Source of the DNA: Magnetococcales bacterium DC0425bin3
GTDB lineage: Bacteria; Pseudomonadota; Magnetococcia; Magnetococcales; DC0425bin3
Reading direction: 5' to 3'
Assembly (NCBI GenBank): GCA_002753665.1
Contig: PEAP01000006.1
Span: 5,680 to 69,679 of the forward strand
DNA length: 64,000 bases
Both the position numbers and the translations under genes were made by a program. The notes below the pieces were generated by a model, which had not been told where the DNA came from, made no database searches, and saw only the letters and a list, made by a program, of their open reading frames with translations. This document shows positions 1-10,394 of this stretch, one piece after another. Positions within the stretch are counted from its first letter, which is position 1, and every line of letters begins with the position of its first letter.

Positions 1-1
1 C

Positions 2-1918
2 AACTGGATCGGCAAGAGCCATGGGGTGGAGTTCGCCTTCCAGCTCGACGGCCATCCGGCCACCCTGCCGGTCTACACCACCCGGCCCGACACCATCATG
101 GGGGTGACCTTCTGCTCCATCGCCGCCGAACACCCCCTCGCCCGGGAGGTGGCCGCCGCCAATCCCGCCGCCGCGGCCTTCGTGCGGGAATGCCAGGCCG
201 GTGGCACCAGCGAAGAAGCCCTGGAACGGCTGGAAAAGAAGGGCTTCGACACCGGCCTGCGGGCCCTCCATCCTTTCACCGGCGCCGCGCTGCCCATCTA
301 CATCGCCAACTTCGTCCTCATGAGCTACGGCACCGGCGCCGTGATGGCCGTGCCGGCCCATGACCAGCGGGATTTCGAATTCGCCAAGAAACACGATATT
401 CCCATCCGGGTGGTGATCCAGCCCTCCGGTTCCCCCCTGGACCCGGACGCCCTGACCGCGGCCTATACCGGCCCGGGCGTGCTGGTCGACTCCGGCCCCT
501 TCGACGGCCTGGACAATGCAACCGCCAAGGAGCGGGTGGCCGCCGCCTTCCAGGAGCGCGGCATCGGCCGCGCCACGGTCAACTACCGCCTGCGGGACTG
601 GGGCATCTCCCGGCAACGCTACTGGGGCAACCCCATCCCCATGATCCACTGCCCGCGCTGCGGCGTGGTGCCGGTGCCCCGGGAGCAGCTGCCCGTGCCG
701 TTGCCCGAGGATGTGGACCTCACCGTGACCGGCAATCCCCTGGAGGCCCATCCCGCCTGGAAGCACTGCACCTGCCCGACCTGCGGCTCCGCCGCCCGCC
801 GGGAAACCGATACCATGGACACCTTCGTGGAGTCCTCCTGGTACTTCCTGCGCTACTGCGGCCCCGATGTCCCCGATGCCCCCCTGGATCGGGACCGGGT
901 CAACCACTGGATGCCGGTGGATCAATACGTCGGCGGCATCGAGCATGCCGTGCTGCATCTGCTCTACGCCCGCTTCTTCCACAAGGCCCTGCGGGACCTG
1001 AGCTGGGTGCGGTGCGACGAGCCCTTCACCCGCCTGCTCACCCAGGGCATGGTGCGCAAGGACACCATGCGCTGCCCCGAACATGGCTGGCGCTACCCCA
1101 ACGAGGTGCGGGAGGACGGCGGCGCCCTGCGCTGCGCCGATTGTGGAGCGGTCATCGCGGTGGGGCGCAACGAAAAGATGTCCAAGAGCAAACACAACGT
1201 GGTGGACCCCAACGATCTGATCGCCGGCTACGGGGCCGATACCGCCCGGCTCTTCATGCTATTCGCCGCCCCGCCGGAACGGGATCTGGAATGGAACGAA
1301 AGCGGCGTGGACGGCGCCTGGCGGTTCCTCAACCGGCTGTGGCGCCTGGTCCACGAGGTTCTCGAACGCGCCCCGGGGGCGCGGCCGGCCCGGGCCATGC
1401 CCGCCGATCGCGAACTGCGCGCCCTGCGCTCCAGGACCCACGCCACCATCGACAAGGTCGGGCGCGATCTGGAACGCCACCAGTTCAACACCGGCATCGC
1501 CGCGGTCATGGAGCTGGTCAACGAGGGCTCCCAGGCCCTGGCGGAACGGCCCGACCCCCTGGAAGTCGAGGCCGCCGCCATCCTCCGGGAGCTGGCCGAA
1601 ACCGCCCTGCTGCTGCTCAATCCCTATGTCCCCCACATCACCGAGGAGCTGTGGGCGGCCCTGGGAGGAGACGGCCTGCTCTGCAACCAGACCTGGCCCG
1701 TCGCCGACCCGGAGGCCCTGGTCCGGGAACAGATCACCATCGTGGTCCAGGTCAACGGCAAACTGCGGGCCCGCCTCCAGGTGGCGGCGGACCTGCCGGA
1801 AGCCGAACTGCAGGCCGCCGCCCTGGCCGATGCCGCCGTGCAGGCCCACCTGGCCGGCCTGACCGTGCGCAAGGTGGTGGTGGTGCCGGGCCGCCTGGTC
1901 AACGTGGTGGCCAAATGA
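2..1918 (+). CDS. leuS: leucine--tRNA ligase, C-terminal ~640 aa (5' end lies upstream of the window)
   Basis: Frame is open from base 2 (NWIGKSHGVEFAF...). Class I aaRS KMSKS motif is present (EKMSKSKHNVVDP). Followed by lptE-holA, the conserved leuS-lptE-holA synteny. Confidence 0.95.
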   Translation, partial: NWIGKSHGVEFAFQLDGHPATLPVYTTRPDTIMGVTFCSIAAEHPLAREVAAANPAAAAFVRECQAGGTSEEALERLEKKGFDTGLRALHPFTGAALPIYIANFVLMSYGTGAVMAVPAHDQRDFEFAKKHDIPIRVVIQPSGSPLDPDALTAAYTGPGVLVDSGPFDGLDNATAKERVAAAFQERGIGRATVNYRLRDWGISRQRYWGNPIPMIHCPRCGVVPVPREQLPVPLPEDVDLTVTGNPLEAHPAWKHCTCPTCGSAARRETDTMDTFVESSWYFLRYCGPDVPDAPLDRDRVNHWMPVDQYVGGIEHAVLHLLYARFFHKALRDLSWVRCDEPFTRLLTQGMVRKDTMRCPEHGWRYPNEVREDGGALRCADCGAVIAVGRNEKMSKSKHNVVDPNDLIAGYGADTARLFMLFAAPPERDLEWNESGVDGAWRFLNRLWRLVHEVLERAPGARPARAMPADRELRALRSRTHATIDKVGRDLERHQFNTGIAAVMELVNEGSQALAERPDPLEVEAAAILRELAETALLLLNPYVPHITEELWAALGGDGLLCNQTWPVADPEALVREQITIVVQVNGKLRARLQVAADLPEAELQAAALADAAVQAHLAGLTVRKVVVVPGRLVNVVAK

Positions 1919-2454
1919 ACCGCCGTCTGCTCCCTCTCGGCCTGCTGGCCGGCCTGCTGGCCGCCTGCGGCTATCATTTTCCCGGCGATCTGCCGGAACG
2001 GGGCTTCAGCCCGGAGCTGCGCCACGCCCGGATCCGGGTGGAAGGGCCGGGTCGCCAGAGCGATCCGCTGATGGCCCGCGTCCTGCGCCAGCGCCTGGAA
2101 CAGCGCCTGCGCGGCGCAGACGAGGAGGCCTCCGCCATGGCGGCAACGACCTCGGCCAGCCCCACCGACAAGGTCCGGCTGGTAATCGTCATGGAACCCC
2201 CGCTCCGGGAGCTGCATCTGGAGGACCGCCGGGGACAGGCGGACCAGTACCGCATCACCATCCGCGCCCAGCCGCGCCTGGTCATCGACGGCCAGGCATC
2301 CACCACCACCTTCCCCTGGGTGGAGGGCAAGACCACCTACAGCGAGTTGCGGGCGGTCACTGCCAGCCGCGCCACCCGGGAACAGGCCGTTACCGATGCC
2401 CTGAACCAGCTCGCCGACGCCCTGGCGGCGGTGCTGGCGGGCGCGGCCCTTTGA
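1915..2454 (+). CDS. lptE: LPS-assembly lipoprotein LptE
   Basis: ATG overlaps the leuS stop (ATGA at 1915-1918). N-terminus MNRRLLPLGLLAGLLAAC is a lipoprotein signal with a lipobox Cys. A small lipoprotein between leuS and holA is the canonical LptE position. Confidence 0.8.
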   Translation: MNRRLLPLGLLAGLLAACGYHFPGDLPERGFSPELRHARIRVEGPGRQSDPLMARVLRQRLEQRLRGADEEASAMAATTSASPTDKVRLVIVMEPPLRELHLEDRRGQADQYRITIRAQPRLVIDGQASTTTFPWVEGKTTYSELRAVTASRATREQAVTDALNQLADALAAVLAGAAL

Positions 2455-2464
2455 TCCCGCGGGG

Positions 2465-3499
2465 ATGAAACTCAAATCCACCGCCCTGGCGGCCCGCCTG
2501 CGGGCCGAGGGGTATCCCCCCGTTCTGCTGCTCTACGGCAGCGAGCAGGGACAGATCGCCGACCAGGCCGCCGCGCTTCACCAGCAGCTATTCAGCGTCG
2601 AACCGGCCGACGCCGACTTCGATACCGAAACCTTCCATGCCCGAGACCTGTCGGCCGAGCGGTTTCTCGCCGCCTGCCGAGCCATCCCCCTGGGCGCCGC
2701 CCGGAGGTTGGTGACCGTGCGGGAGGCCGACGGACTGCCCCAGGCCCAGGGGGCCGTGGTGCTGGATTACCTGAAGGCCCCCAACCCCTCCACCCTGCTG
2801 CTGCTGCTCGCCGGCCCCCTGGAGGCCCGCAGCAAGCTGCGGGCGGCGGCGGAACGCTCCGCAAACGGCTGGTGCGTGCCGTTCTATCCCCTGGAAGGTC
2901 CGGCCTTTCAACAATGGGTGGGCCAATGGCTGGCTGCGGCGGGCCTTGCCGTGGATCGCGACGCCCTGGTCCACCTGGCTCAGCGGCTGGAGGGCGACAC
3001 CCAGGCCGCCCGGCCCGAGCTGGAAAAACTGGCCCTCTACCTGGGCGCGCAGCGGCGGGTGGACCTGGAGGCGGTGCTGGCGGTGGTGGGAGAAACGGTG
3101 GACCATTCGGCCTTCGCCCTGGCCGAGACCATCACCGCCGGTCAGGTTCCCCGCGCCCTTCACATCCTGGAGCGGCTGTTGGAACGGGGCGAGGAGCCCC
3201 TGACCCTGTTGGGCAGCCTGCTGCCGCGGATCCGCCGCCTGGCCCAGGCCCGGGACGGCCTCGATCAGGGCGAGGACCCCAAACAGATCCTGGAGCGTCT
3301 CAAAATTTTCTGGAAGGACCAGGCCCCCCTGATGCAGCAGGCCCGGCGGATCCCGGCCCGGCGGCTGGCCGACGCCCTGCTGGCCTGCCAGGAGGCCGAC
3401 GCGGCCCTCAAGGGCGCGGGACGCCTGCCCCCGGAGCTGGTGATGGAACGGCTGGTGCTGCGGCTGGCTCTGTGGTTCCGGGGCGACGGACGGGGCTGA
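2465..3499 (+). CDS. holA: DNA polymerase III subunit delta
   Basis: 344-aa ORF directly after lptE. Size, position and N-terminal PVLLLYGSE-type segment fit HolA. Confidence 0.8.
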   Translation: MKLKSTALAARLRAEGYPPVLLLYGSEQGQIADQAAALHQQLFSVEPADADFDTETFHARDLSAERFLAACRAIPLGAARRLVTVREADGLPQAQGAVVLDYLKAPNPSTLLLLLAGPLEARSKLRAAAERSANGWCVPFYPLEGPAFQQWVGQWLAAAGLAVDRDALVHLAQRLEGDTQAARPELEKLALYLGAQRRVDLEAVLAVVGETVDHSAFALAETITAGQVPRALHILERLLERGEEPLTLLGSLLPRIRRLAQARDGLDQGEDPKQILERLKIFWKDQAPLMQQARRIPARRLADALLACQEADAALKGAGRLPPELVMERLVLRLALWFRGDGRG

Positions 3500-3506
3500 T
3501 GGGGAC

Positions 3507-3539
3507 GGGGCGGTCCACCCCATGGGAACGGACCGCCCC
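3507..3539. terminator. GC-rich hairpin between convergent holA and the antiporter gene
   Basis: 10-bp arms GGGGCGGTCC / GGACCGCCCC (3507-3516, 3530-3539). No clear U-tract on either strand. Confidence 0.35.
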
Positions 3540-3568
3540 GCTTACCGCACGCAAGGGGGATCACACCG

Positions 3569-5041
3569 TCAGGGCATGACCACCGGCACGCCGTTGAACA
3601 GATCGCCGTTGATCAGGAAATGCGCGCCGATGGAGGCGGCATAGCCCAGGGCCACGGCCCAGGTCCACTTCAGGTGACTGAAGAAGGTGTACTTGCCGCG
3701 GGCCTGGCCCATCAGCCCCACGCCGGCGGCGGAACCCACCGACAGCAGGCTGCCGCCCACGCCGGCGGTCAAGGTCACCAGCAGCCACTGGCCTATGTCC
3801 ATGGCCGGACCCATGGTCAGGACGGCGAACATCACCGGGATGTTGTCCACCACCGCCGACAGCAGGCCCACGGCCACGTTGGCCTGGGTGGCACCCCATT
3901 CCACATACATGGTCTGGCTGGCCAGGGCCAGAAAGCCGATGAAGCCCAGGCCGCCCACGCAGAGGATGACGCCGTAGAAGAACATCAGGGTGTCCCACTC
4001 GGCGCGGCCCACCTCGCGGAAGATGTCGAAGCGCACATCACCGACGTACTCGGCGTCTTTCCCGGGTTCGATGGGGATGCCACGCTTCTGGCGATAGCTG
4101 ACGTAGGTGGTCTTCAGGTAGAAACCCAGAATCTGGATAAAGGCCAGACCCAACATCATGCCCGCCACCGGGGGCAGGTGGAGGAAGTTGTGGAAGCTGA
4201 CCGCGGTGAAGATGGTGAGCAGGAAGAGGAAGATGGCGCGCTTGGCGCCCCGCTTCATCGTCACGGTCTCATCCAGGGCGGGGGGTTGCTGCCCCTTGGG
4301 AATGGCAAGATACATCAGTGTGCAGGGCACTAGCCAGTTGACCAGCGAGGGAATGAGGAGGTGGAAGAAGGTCCAGAACGGCACTACGCCCTTCTGCCAC
4401 ACCATCAGGGTGGTGATATCACCGAAGGGACTGAAGGCGCCGCCGGCGTTGGCCGCCACCACGATGTTGATGCAGGAAAGGCTGACGAACTTGGGGCTGT
4501 CCTTGCCCACCGCCAGCACCACGGCGCACATCAGCAGGGCGGTGGTGAGGTTGTCGGCCACCGGGGAGATGATGAAGGCCAGAAAGCCGGTGAGCCAGAA
4601 CAGGGAACGATAGCTGAACCCGGAGCGCACCAGCCAGGAGCGCAGGGCCGTGAACACCCGTCGTTCGTCCAGGGTGTTGATGTAGGTCATGGCCACCAGC
4701 AGGAACAGGAACAGTTCCGCATATTCCAGGATGTTGTGGCGCAGGGCCTCCCCCGCCACATCGGGCATGCCATGCTCGACATAGACCCAGCCGATCAGAC
4801 CCCAGATGCCTCCGGCGGCCATCAGCACCGGCTTGGATTTGCGCAGGTGGGTGAATTCCTCCAGCATCACGAAGAAGTAGGCTACGACGAAGGTCCAAAG
4901 GGCCACGGTGCCCAGGGTATGCTGGGTCAGGTCCATCCGGTGGCCACCGCCTCCGCCGCCTCCACCGGAGGCCAGGGCCTCGCCCATTCCGGCCGCCAGC
5001 AGGACCGGAAGCGCTCCCAGTACTGTCAATAGTCTGTTCAC
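3569..5041 (-). CDS. NhaD-type Na+/H+ antiporter-like ion transporter (ArsB/CitMHS-fold permease)
   Basis: Polytopic membrane protein with many hydrophobic segments and an NhaD-like sequence character. Start placed at GTG 5041, preceded by GGAGGA at good spacing. The ORF-track ATG at 5119 is an alternative. Confidence 0.65.
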   Translation of the reverse strand: MNRLLTVLGALPVLLAAGMGEALASGGGGGGGGHRMDLTQHTLGTVALWTFVVAYFFVMLEEFTHLRKSKPVLMAAGGIWGLIGWVYVEHGMPDVAGEALRHNILEYAELFLFLLVAMTYINTLDERRVFTALRSWLVRSGFSYRSLFWLTGFLAFIISPVADNLTTALLMCAVVLAVGKDSPKFVSLSCINIVVAANAGGAFSPFGDITTLMVWQKGVVPFWTFFHLLIPSLVNWLVPCTLMYLAIPKGQQPPALDETVTMKRGAKRAIFLFLLTIFTAVSFHNFLHLPPVAGMMLGLAFIQILGFYLKTTYVSYRQKRGIPIEPGKDAEYVGDVRFDIFREVGRAEWDTLMFFYGVILCVGGLGFIGFLALASQTMYVEWGATQANVAVGLLSAVVDNIPVMFAVLTMGPAMDIGQWLLVTLTAGVGGSLLSVGSAAGVGLMGQARGKYTFFSHLKWTWAVALGYAASIGAHFLINGDLFNGVPVVMP

Positions 5042-5153
5042 ATCAACTCCTCCCAGTTCGTATGACCAGCCTTGCGGACTGGCGGTTGCGGAACCCCCTC
5101 CTTGCACAAGAACCGGCACAATATCCGATTGTTCAGATGGTTACAACCATCCC

Positions 5154-5837
5154 TCACCGCCGCCGGAAGGAAAAATGCCGGGGGGGGCGCCCCGCCCGCA
5201 GGCCTTTTTCCTGGAAGCGGGTGACCACCCATTCCGCCGGTTCCGGGGCCGCCCCGCCCTGGAAAGCCGGGTGGGCGCCCAGCACCTCGGCCATCCAATC
5301 GGCGTATTCCACCCAGTCGGTGGCCAGGGTCAGCTCGCCCCCGGGGACCATGCGGGTGGCCAGCAGGTCCAGAAACGGCGTCTGGATCAGGCGCCGCTTG
5401 TGATGCCGCGCCTTGGGCCAGGGATCGGGAAAGTTGATGATCACCCGGTCCAGCACTCCCTCGGGCAGCCGGTCGCGCAGCACGGGATGGACATGGCCCC
5501 GCACCACCCGCACATTGTCGCAGCCGGCCCGCTCCACCTTCTTGACGAGGGCGGCGATTCCCTCCAGGAACACCTCCACGCCGATGAAACCGTCCCCGGG
5601 ATGGCGGGCGGCCAGGTGGGCGAGACAATCGCCGTTGCCGAAGCCCACCTCCAGCCAGAGACGCGCCGGCGGCCGCCGCCAGCAGGCGGCCAGAGCGGCG
5701 CGGTCGGCGGTGGGGGGCAATTCATAACGGAACAGGGTCTCTTCCAGCCACAGAGTCTCCCCGGGCCGCAGATAGCCCTTCTTGCGACCGAACGTCTTGA
5801 ACCGGCGGCGATCCTCCTCCTCGGGAGACAGGTTCAT
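5154..5837 (-). CDS. trmB: tRNA (guanine-N7)-methyltransferase
   Basis: SAM-binding LEVGFGNGD and TrmB-type FPDPWPKARHHKRR motifs. ATG 5837 overlaps the thyX stop (ATGA). The longer ORF to 6332 overlaps thyX and was rejected. Confidence 0.85.
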   Translation of the reverse strand: MNLSPEEEDRRRFKTFGRKKGYLRPGETLWLEETLFRYELPPTADRAALAACWRRPPARLWLEVGFGNGDCLAHLAARHPGDGFIGVEVFLEGIAALVKKVERAGCDNVRVVRGHVHPVLRDRLPEGVLDRVIINFPDPWPKARHHKRRLIQTPFLDLLATRMVPGGELTLATDWVEYADWMAEVLGAHPAFQGGAAPEPAEWVVTRFQEKGLRAGRPPRHFSFRRR

Positions 5838-6661
5838 GACCCGGCCTCCCCGGCCAGCACCCGATCCATGGTCTCCCCCAGCAGCGGGAAACGGCGCTTG
5901 AACATGGCATGGGCCACGGTGGCGAACTGGCGGATCTCGAACTGGGCGTCGGGCTTGAGTCGCAGGTCGAAAAAATTCATCAGGGAGCGGAAATTGATGG
6001 TCCAGTAGAGATCCGAGTAGGTGGCGACCGGCATGGCGTTGCGCAGCAGCTCCCGGGCCCGGGCCCGGTAGGGATTGCGCCCCCCCGCGACCGCCGGAAT
6101 CTCCCCGGCCCGTTCCGCCGTCTCCAGGCGCTGGCACACCCGGGCGTATTCGTCCCGGTAGAAGCGGTGCAGGCCCTCCATCAATTCCCGGTAGCGTTGG
6201 AGCTGGGCGTCGTCCAGCACCTGGAACCCATCGATGCTGCGGGCCGCGTCGTCGGGCAGATAGAAGGCGGTGATGGGCTCCCGGTAGCGCTGGCTGAACT
6301 CGTTGTAGGAACAGATGCGGTGGCGCATCCATTGGCGCAGCACGAAGATGGGGGCGATGATCCGCCAGCGGCAGTAGACCGTCTCGAAGGGCGTGCCGTG
6401 GTTGTGGACCAGCAGATGGTGCAGCAGGTCCCGGTCCCGCTGGGTGAAGTCCGCCAGGCCGGCCAGGCGGCGGTTGGTGGTGGAGATGCGGGCGGTGTTG
6501 AGGATGGTCGCCTCGTCGCCCCAGGTCTCCTCCAGCTCGATGAAACCGAAATTGCCGATCCGGGAAGCATAGTCCGGATTGAGGCGGCAGCGGGTGTCCA
6601 TCTCCTCCCGCAACTCCACCGTGGCCTTGTTTTCCTCCAGCGTCTCCGCCGCCATGGTCAT
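5834..6661 (-). CDS. thyX: FAD-dependent thymidylate synthase
   Basis: ThyX signature RHRxxSxNExSxRY is present as RHRICSYNEFSQRY. Start MTMAAETLEEN at 6661. The upstream part of the 5834..7009 ORF overlaps the next gene. Confidence 0.9.
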   Translation of the reverse strand: MTMAAETLEENKATVELREEMDTRCRLNPDYASRIGNFGFIELEETWGDEATILNTARISTTNRRLAGLADFTQRDRDLLHHLLVHNHGTPFETVYCRWRIIAPIFVLRQWMRHRICSYNEFSQRYREPITAFYLPDDAARSIDGFQVLDDAQLQRYRELMEGLHRFYRDEYARVCQRLETAERAGEIPAVAGGRNPYRARARELLRNAMPVATYSDLYWTINFRSLMNFFDLRLKPDAQFEIRQFATVAHAMFKRRFPLLGETMDRVLAGEAGS

Positions 6662-6672
6662 GGTATCCCTGG

Positions 6673-7818
6673 TCAGGGGTTGTGAAACAGCCGATGGGAC
6701 TGGTGCATCAGGGCCGGCAGGTCGAACCCTGCCGGACAGCGGGGCCGGCAGTCCCCGCAGCGGGTGCAGGAATCGCCCCGGGCGCCGGGCACCCAGGCGT
6801 CGTCGGGCTGCATCTCCCCGTAGCGATAGCGGGCGAAGGGCAGCATGCCGTAACTCTCCGCCAGGTGGCGCAGGCGCATCAGCTCGGGGATGTCGATCCG
6901 CTCCGGACAGGGCAGGCAGCGCCGGCAACGGGTGCCGCAGTCGGCCCGCAGCGGATCGGCCACCGCCGCCCGCAGCCGGGCCTCGGCCTGGCGCTCCGCC
7001 GGCCCCCACCAGGGCCGGGGGGCGAGGCTGTCCAGGTGGATGGCCATCTGCCCCGGGGCGCTGAGCCCCAGGCTCAGGGTGTGGATCTCGGGATGGGCCA
7101 GCAGCCAGCGTTCATTGAAGTTCACCGGATGCAGGGGCCGGGTCAGGCGGCGCAGCTGGTCCGGAGGATCGTAGAGCCGGCCGCCATACACTCTTTTCAG
7201 ACGTGTGCTCACCCCCATGCCCAGGGCCCTGGCCAGAGCCAGGGCCGGCGCGTTCCCGGTGCGGAAATAATAATAATGCAGATCGACGAACTCGAAGGCC
7301 CCGCTGGCCAGGGTGCGCAGCAGCAGATCCAGCGGCGCATGGCTGGAAAAGCCGACATGGCCCACCAGCCCCTGGTCCCGGGCGCGCAGCGCCGCCTCCA
7401 GGCAGCCCCCCCGCTCGAAGGTGGCCCGGTACTCGGCCTCGGTATTGATGCCGTGGATGGCGAACAGCGCCACCCGGTCCACCCCCAGATGGCCCAGGGA
7501 TTCCTCCAGGTTGCGGCGGAACTGGTCCCCGGTCCCCCTGGGGCGGCCCTTGGTCATCAGATGATAACGTCCCCGCAGCGGCGACGGCAGGTGGGGCAGC
7601 ACCTGGCCCAGCAGGCGTTCGCTCTTGCCGTAGCCCTGGGCGGTCTCGATGAGATTGCAGCCGGCGGTGAGCCCCTCCTCCACCACCCGGGCGGTGACCG
7701 TCAGGCTGTCCTCGGGCAGATGATCGTGGGGCTCGTCCCAGCCGTGGGGAAAGCGCATGCCGCCGATGGTGAAGGCCGAAAGCTCCAGCCCGGTCCGGCC
7801 GAAAGCGCGATATTCCAT
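6673..7818 (-). CDS. aldo/keto reductase with C-terminal Cys-cluster (4Fe-4S ferredoxin-like) extension
   Basis: AKR-type N-terminus MEYRAFGRTGLELSAFTIGG. C-terminal clusters CGTRCRRCLPCP and CTRCGDCRPRCP. Confidence 0.8.
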   Translation of the reverse strand: MEYRAFGRTGLELSAFTIGGMRFPHGWDEPHDHLPEDSLTVTARVVEEGLTAGCNLIETAQGYGKSERLLGQVLPHLPSPLRGRYHLMTKGRPRGTGDQFRRNLEESLGHLGVDRVALFAIHGINTEAEYRATFERGGCLEAALRARDQGLVGHVGFSSHAPLDLLLRTLASGAFEFVDLHYYYFRTGNAPALALARALGMGVSTRLKRVYGGRLYDPPDQLRRLTRPLHPVNFNERWLLAHPEIHTLSLGLSAPGQMAIHLDSLAPRPWWGPAERQAEARLRAAVADPLRADCGTRCRRCLPCPERIDIPELMRLRHLAESYGMLPFARYRYGEMQPDDAWVPGARGDSCTRCGDCRPRCPAGFDLPALMHQSHRLFHNP

Positions 7819-7821
7819 GGG

Positions 7822-9381
7822 TCACCCGAGCCGGTTGCGCAGCCGCTGGAGGTGGGGCAGCAGGTCGCTGGCCACCAGGCCGATGGGGCCGCTGTCCGCC
7901 GCGGCCGCCTCGGCGGCGGCGCCGTGAATCCACACCCCGGCCCGCACCGCACTGGCCACCGGCCAGCCCTGGGTCAAAAACCCGGCGATGATGCCGGTGA
8001 GCAGGTCCCCGCTGCCCCCGGCCCCCAGGCCCGAATGGCCGGTGGCGTTGATCCAGGCCCGGCCGTCGGGGGCGGCGATCACCGTGCCGGCCCCCTTCAG
8101 CACCACCCACACCCCCCAGGCCTGCGCCTGGCGGCGGGCCACCGCCAGCCGGTCGGCCTGGATCTCCGGCACCGTCAGGCCCGTCAACCGGGACATCTCT
8201 CCGGGATGGGGCGTGATCACCAGGGGGCTGCGTCGCCCTCGCGCCAAGCGCAGCAGGTCCTCGGGCTCCGCCGTCAACAGGTTGAGGGCATCGGCGTCCA
8301 GCACCGCCGGCACGTCCTGATCCTGGACCAGCGCCCGCACCGCCGCCCCGGCCCCGGGGCCGGTACCCAGCCCCGGCCCGATGGCCAGGGCCTGGGGCCT
8401 CAGACCGCTGGCCCGCAGTCCGACCATGGCCCCGGCTCCCAGGCCGATGCCGGCTTCATCTTCATCCAATGGCAGGGTCATGGCCTCCACCAGCTCCCGG
8501 GCCACCAGCCGCTGGGCGCCCCGGGGCAGGGCGACGGTCACCAGCCCCGGCCCGGTGCGCAGCGCCCCCCGGGCGGTCAGCACCGCCGCGCCGGTCTTGC
8601 CCAGGCTGCCGGCCAGGATCAGCAGATGGCCGAAGCGGCCCTTGTGGCCGTCCCCGGGCCGGGGGGGAATCTCCAGCCCCTCGGGCCGGTTCAGCTCCAC
8701 AGCGTGTTCGGCGCTGTCCAGATAGGCCTGGGGAATGCCGATGGGGTGGCAGATCACTTCCCCGCAGTAGCCCGCCCCGGGCCAGGTGCGGTGAGCGATT
8801 TTTTCCGCGGCGAAGGTCACCGTCCAGGTGGCCCGCACCGCGCTGCCGAGGATGCGGCCGTCGTCGGCCGATACCCCCGAGGGCAGATCCACCGCCAGCA
8901 CCGGTTTGCCCAGTTCATTGATCAGGTCGAAGACCCGGGCGAACAGCCCGGTCACCTCCCGCTGCAGGCCGGTGCCGAACACCGCGTCCACCACCACTGC
9001 GGCGTGACCCAGGGCGCTGCGCAATCCCTCCAGCCCGCTGTCGTCGGTGAGTTCCCGGATCCGAACGCCCAGCTTGCGGCAGACATCGTGATTGGTCCGG
9101 GCATCTCCCTTGAGGGACTCCCCGTGCCCCAGGAGAAACACCCGCACCCGGATACCCTCCTGGAACAGGCGGCGGGCCACCACGAAGCCGTCGCCGCCGT
9201 TGTTGCCGGTGCCGGCCACCACCACCACCCGGCGCTCCCGCAAGCCGGGCATCCGCTCCAGCAGGGTGTGGGTCAGGGCCGCGCCGGCGTTTTCCATCAA
9301 CACGATGCCCGGCAGGCCCAAGTCGTCGATGGTGCGGCGGTCCGCGGCCATCATCTGTCGGCTGGTGAGCAGTTTGGCCAT
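7822..9381 (-). CDS. nnr: bifunctional NAD(P)H-hydrate repair enzyme (epimerase / ADP-dependent dehydratase)
   Basis: YjeF-N domain (VVVVAGTGNNGGDGFVVAR) fused to a carbohydrate-kinase-like C-terminal domain (GLGAGGSGDLLTG). Confidence 0.85.
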   Translation of the reverse strand: MAKLLTSRQMMAADRRTIDDLGLPGIVLMENAGAALTHTLLERMPGLRERRVVVVAGTGNNGGDGFVVARRLFQEGIRVRVFLLGHGESLKGDARTNHDVCRKLGVRIRELTDDSGLEGLRSALGHAAVVVDAVFGTGLQREVTGLFARVFDLINELGKPVLAVDLPSGVSADDGRILGSAVRATWTVTFAAEKIAHRTWPGAGYCGEVICHPIGIPQAYLDSAEHAVELNRPEGLEIPPRPGDGHKGRFGHLLILAGSLGKTGAAVLTARGALRTGPGLVTVALPRGAQRLVARELVEAMTLPLDEDEAGIGLGAGAMVGLRASGLRPQALAIGPGLGTGPGAGAAVRALVQDQDVPAVLDADALNLLTAEPEDLLRLARGRRSPLVITPHPGEMSRLTGLTVPEIQADRLAVARRQAQAWGVWVVLKGAGTVIAAPDGRAWINATGHSGLGAGGSGDLLTGIIAGFLTQGWPVASAVRAGVWIHGAAAEAAAADSGPIGLVASDLLPHLQRLRNRLG

Positions 9382-9447
9382 GTTTCCTTCTCTCGATAAT
9401 TCATTGCCATCGCCTGATGGAGTCGGTCAGGATACCAGGATCGGGCC

Positions 9448-10389
9448 ATGGAACAAACAGACACCCCACCACCGGACGGCGCCCCCCTGCTGCGCGCCCG
9501 CAATCTGGTCAAACGCTACCAGGGCCGCACCGTCGTGGATCACATCTCCTTCACCGTGCAGCGCGGGGAATGCTTTGGCCTGCTGGGTCCCAACGGCGCC
9601 GGCAAGACCACCACCCTGCGCATGATCGTCGGTCTCACCCCGGCCGATGGTGGCGAGCTGACCCTGTTCGGCCTGCCCATGCATCCGGAGCAGCGCGCGG
9701 CGCGGCAGCGCATGGGCGTGGTCAGCCAGGAAGACAACCTGGACACCGACCTGGGAGTGGCGGAAAACCTGCGCATCTACGGTCGCTACTTCGGCCTGCC
9801 CGGGGCGCTCATCGAGGAGCGGCTGGAGCGGCTGCTGCGCTTCGCCCAGCTGTCCGACCGGGCCGGACAGGCGGTGGGCACCCTTTCCGGCGGCATGCGG
9901 CGCCGGCTGGTGCTGGCCCGCAGCCTGGTGGCCGACCCGGAGCTGGTGGTGCTGGACGAACCCACCACCGGCCTGGATCCCCAGGCCCGCCACCTGATCT
10001 GGCAACGGCTGCGCACCCTGCGGGACGACGGCGTCACCCTGCTGCTCACCACCCACTACATGGACGAGGCGGCCCGGCTCTGCGACCGGCTGCTGGTGAT
10101 GGACCATGGCGCCATCCTGGACCTGGGCACCCCCCGGGAGTTGATCGCCCGCCATGTGGAGCCCGAGGTGGTGGAGATCACCGGCCAGGGCGACCCGCCC
10201 GATCCGGCCACCCTGGGCAATCCGGACGGACGTCAGGAACGGATGGGCGACACCCTCTACTGCTACACCCGCGATGCGGCCCCCCTCATGGAGCGGCTAA
10301 GCCGGCGGCCCGATCTGGCCGTGCTGATGCGCCCGGCCAATCTGGAGGATGTCTTCCTGAAACTCACCGGCCGGGAGCTGCGGGATTGA
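9448..10389 (+). CDS. ABC transporter ATP-binding protein (NodI / ABC-2 exporter type)
   Basis: Walker A GPNGAGKTT, signature LSGGMRRR, Walker B LVVLDEPTTGLD. Confidence 0.9.
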   Translation: MEQTDTPPPDGAPLLRARNLVKRYQGRTVVDHISFTVQRGECFGLLGPNGAGKTTTLRMIVGLTPADGGELTLFGLPMHPEQRAARQRMGVVSQEDNLDTDLGVAENLRIYGRYFGLPGALIEERLERLLRFAQLSDRAGQAVGTLSGGMRRRLVLARSLVADPELVVLDEPTTGLDPQARHLIWQRLRTLRDDGVTLLLTTHYMDEAARLCDRLLVMDHGAILDLGTPRELIARHVEPEVVEITGQGDPPDPATLGNPDGRQERMGDTLYCYTRDAAPLMERLSRRPDLAVLMRPANLEDVFLKLTGRELRD

Positions 10390-10394
10390 TCGCC

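Noticed and set aside
5154-6332. Long 392-aa form of the trmB ORF and long 391-aa form of the thyX ORF (5834..7009)
   Set aside because: The N-terminal extensions overlap the upstream genes in other frames and are P/G/R-rich. Internal ATGs give proteins of canonical length with overlapping ATGA junctions.
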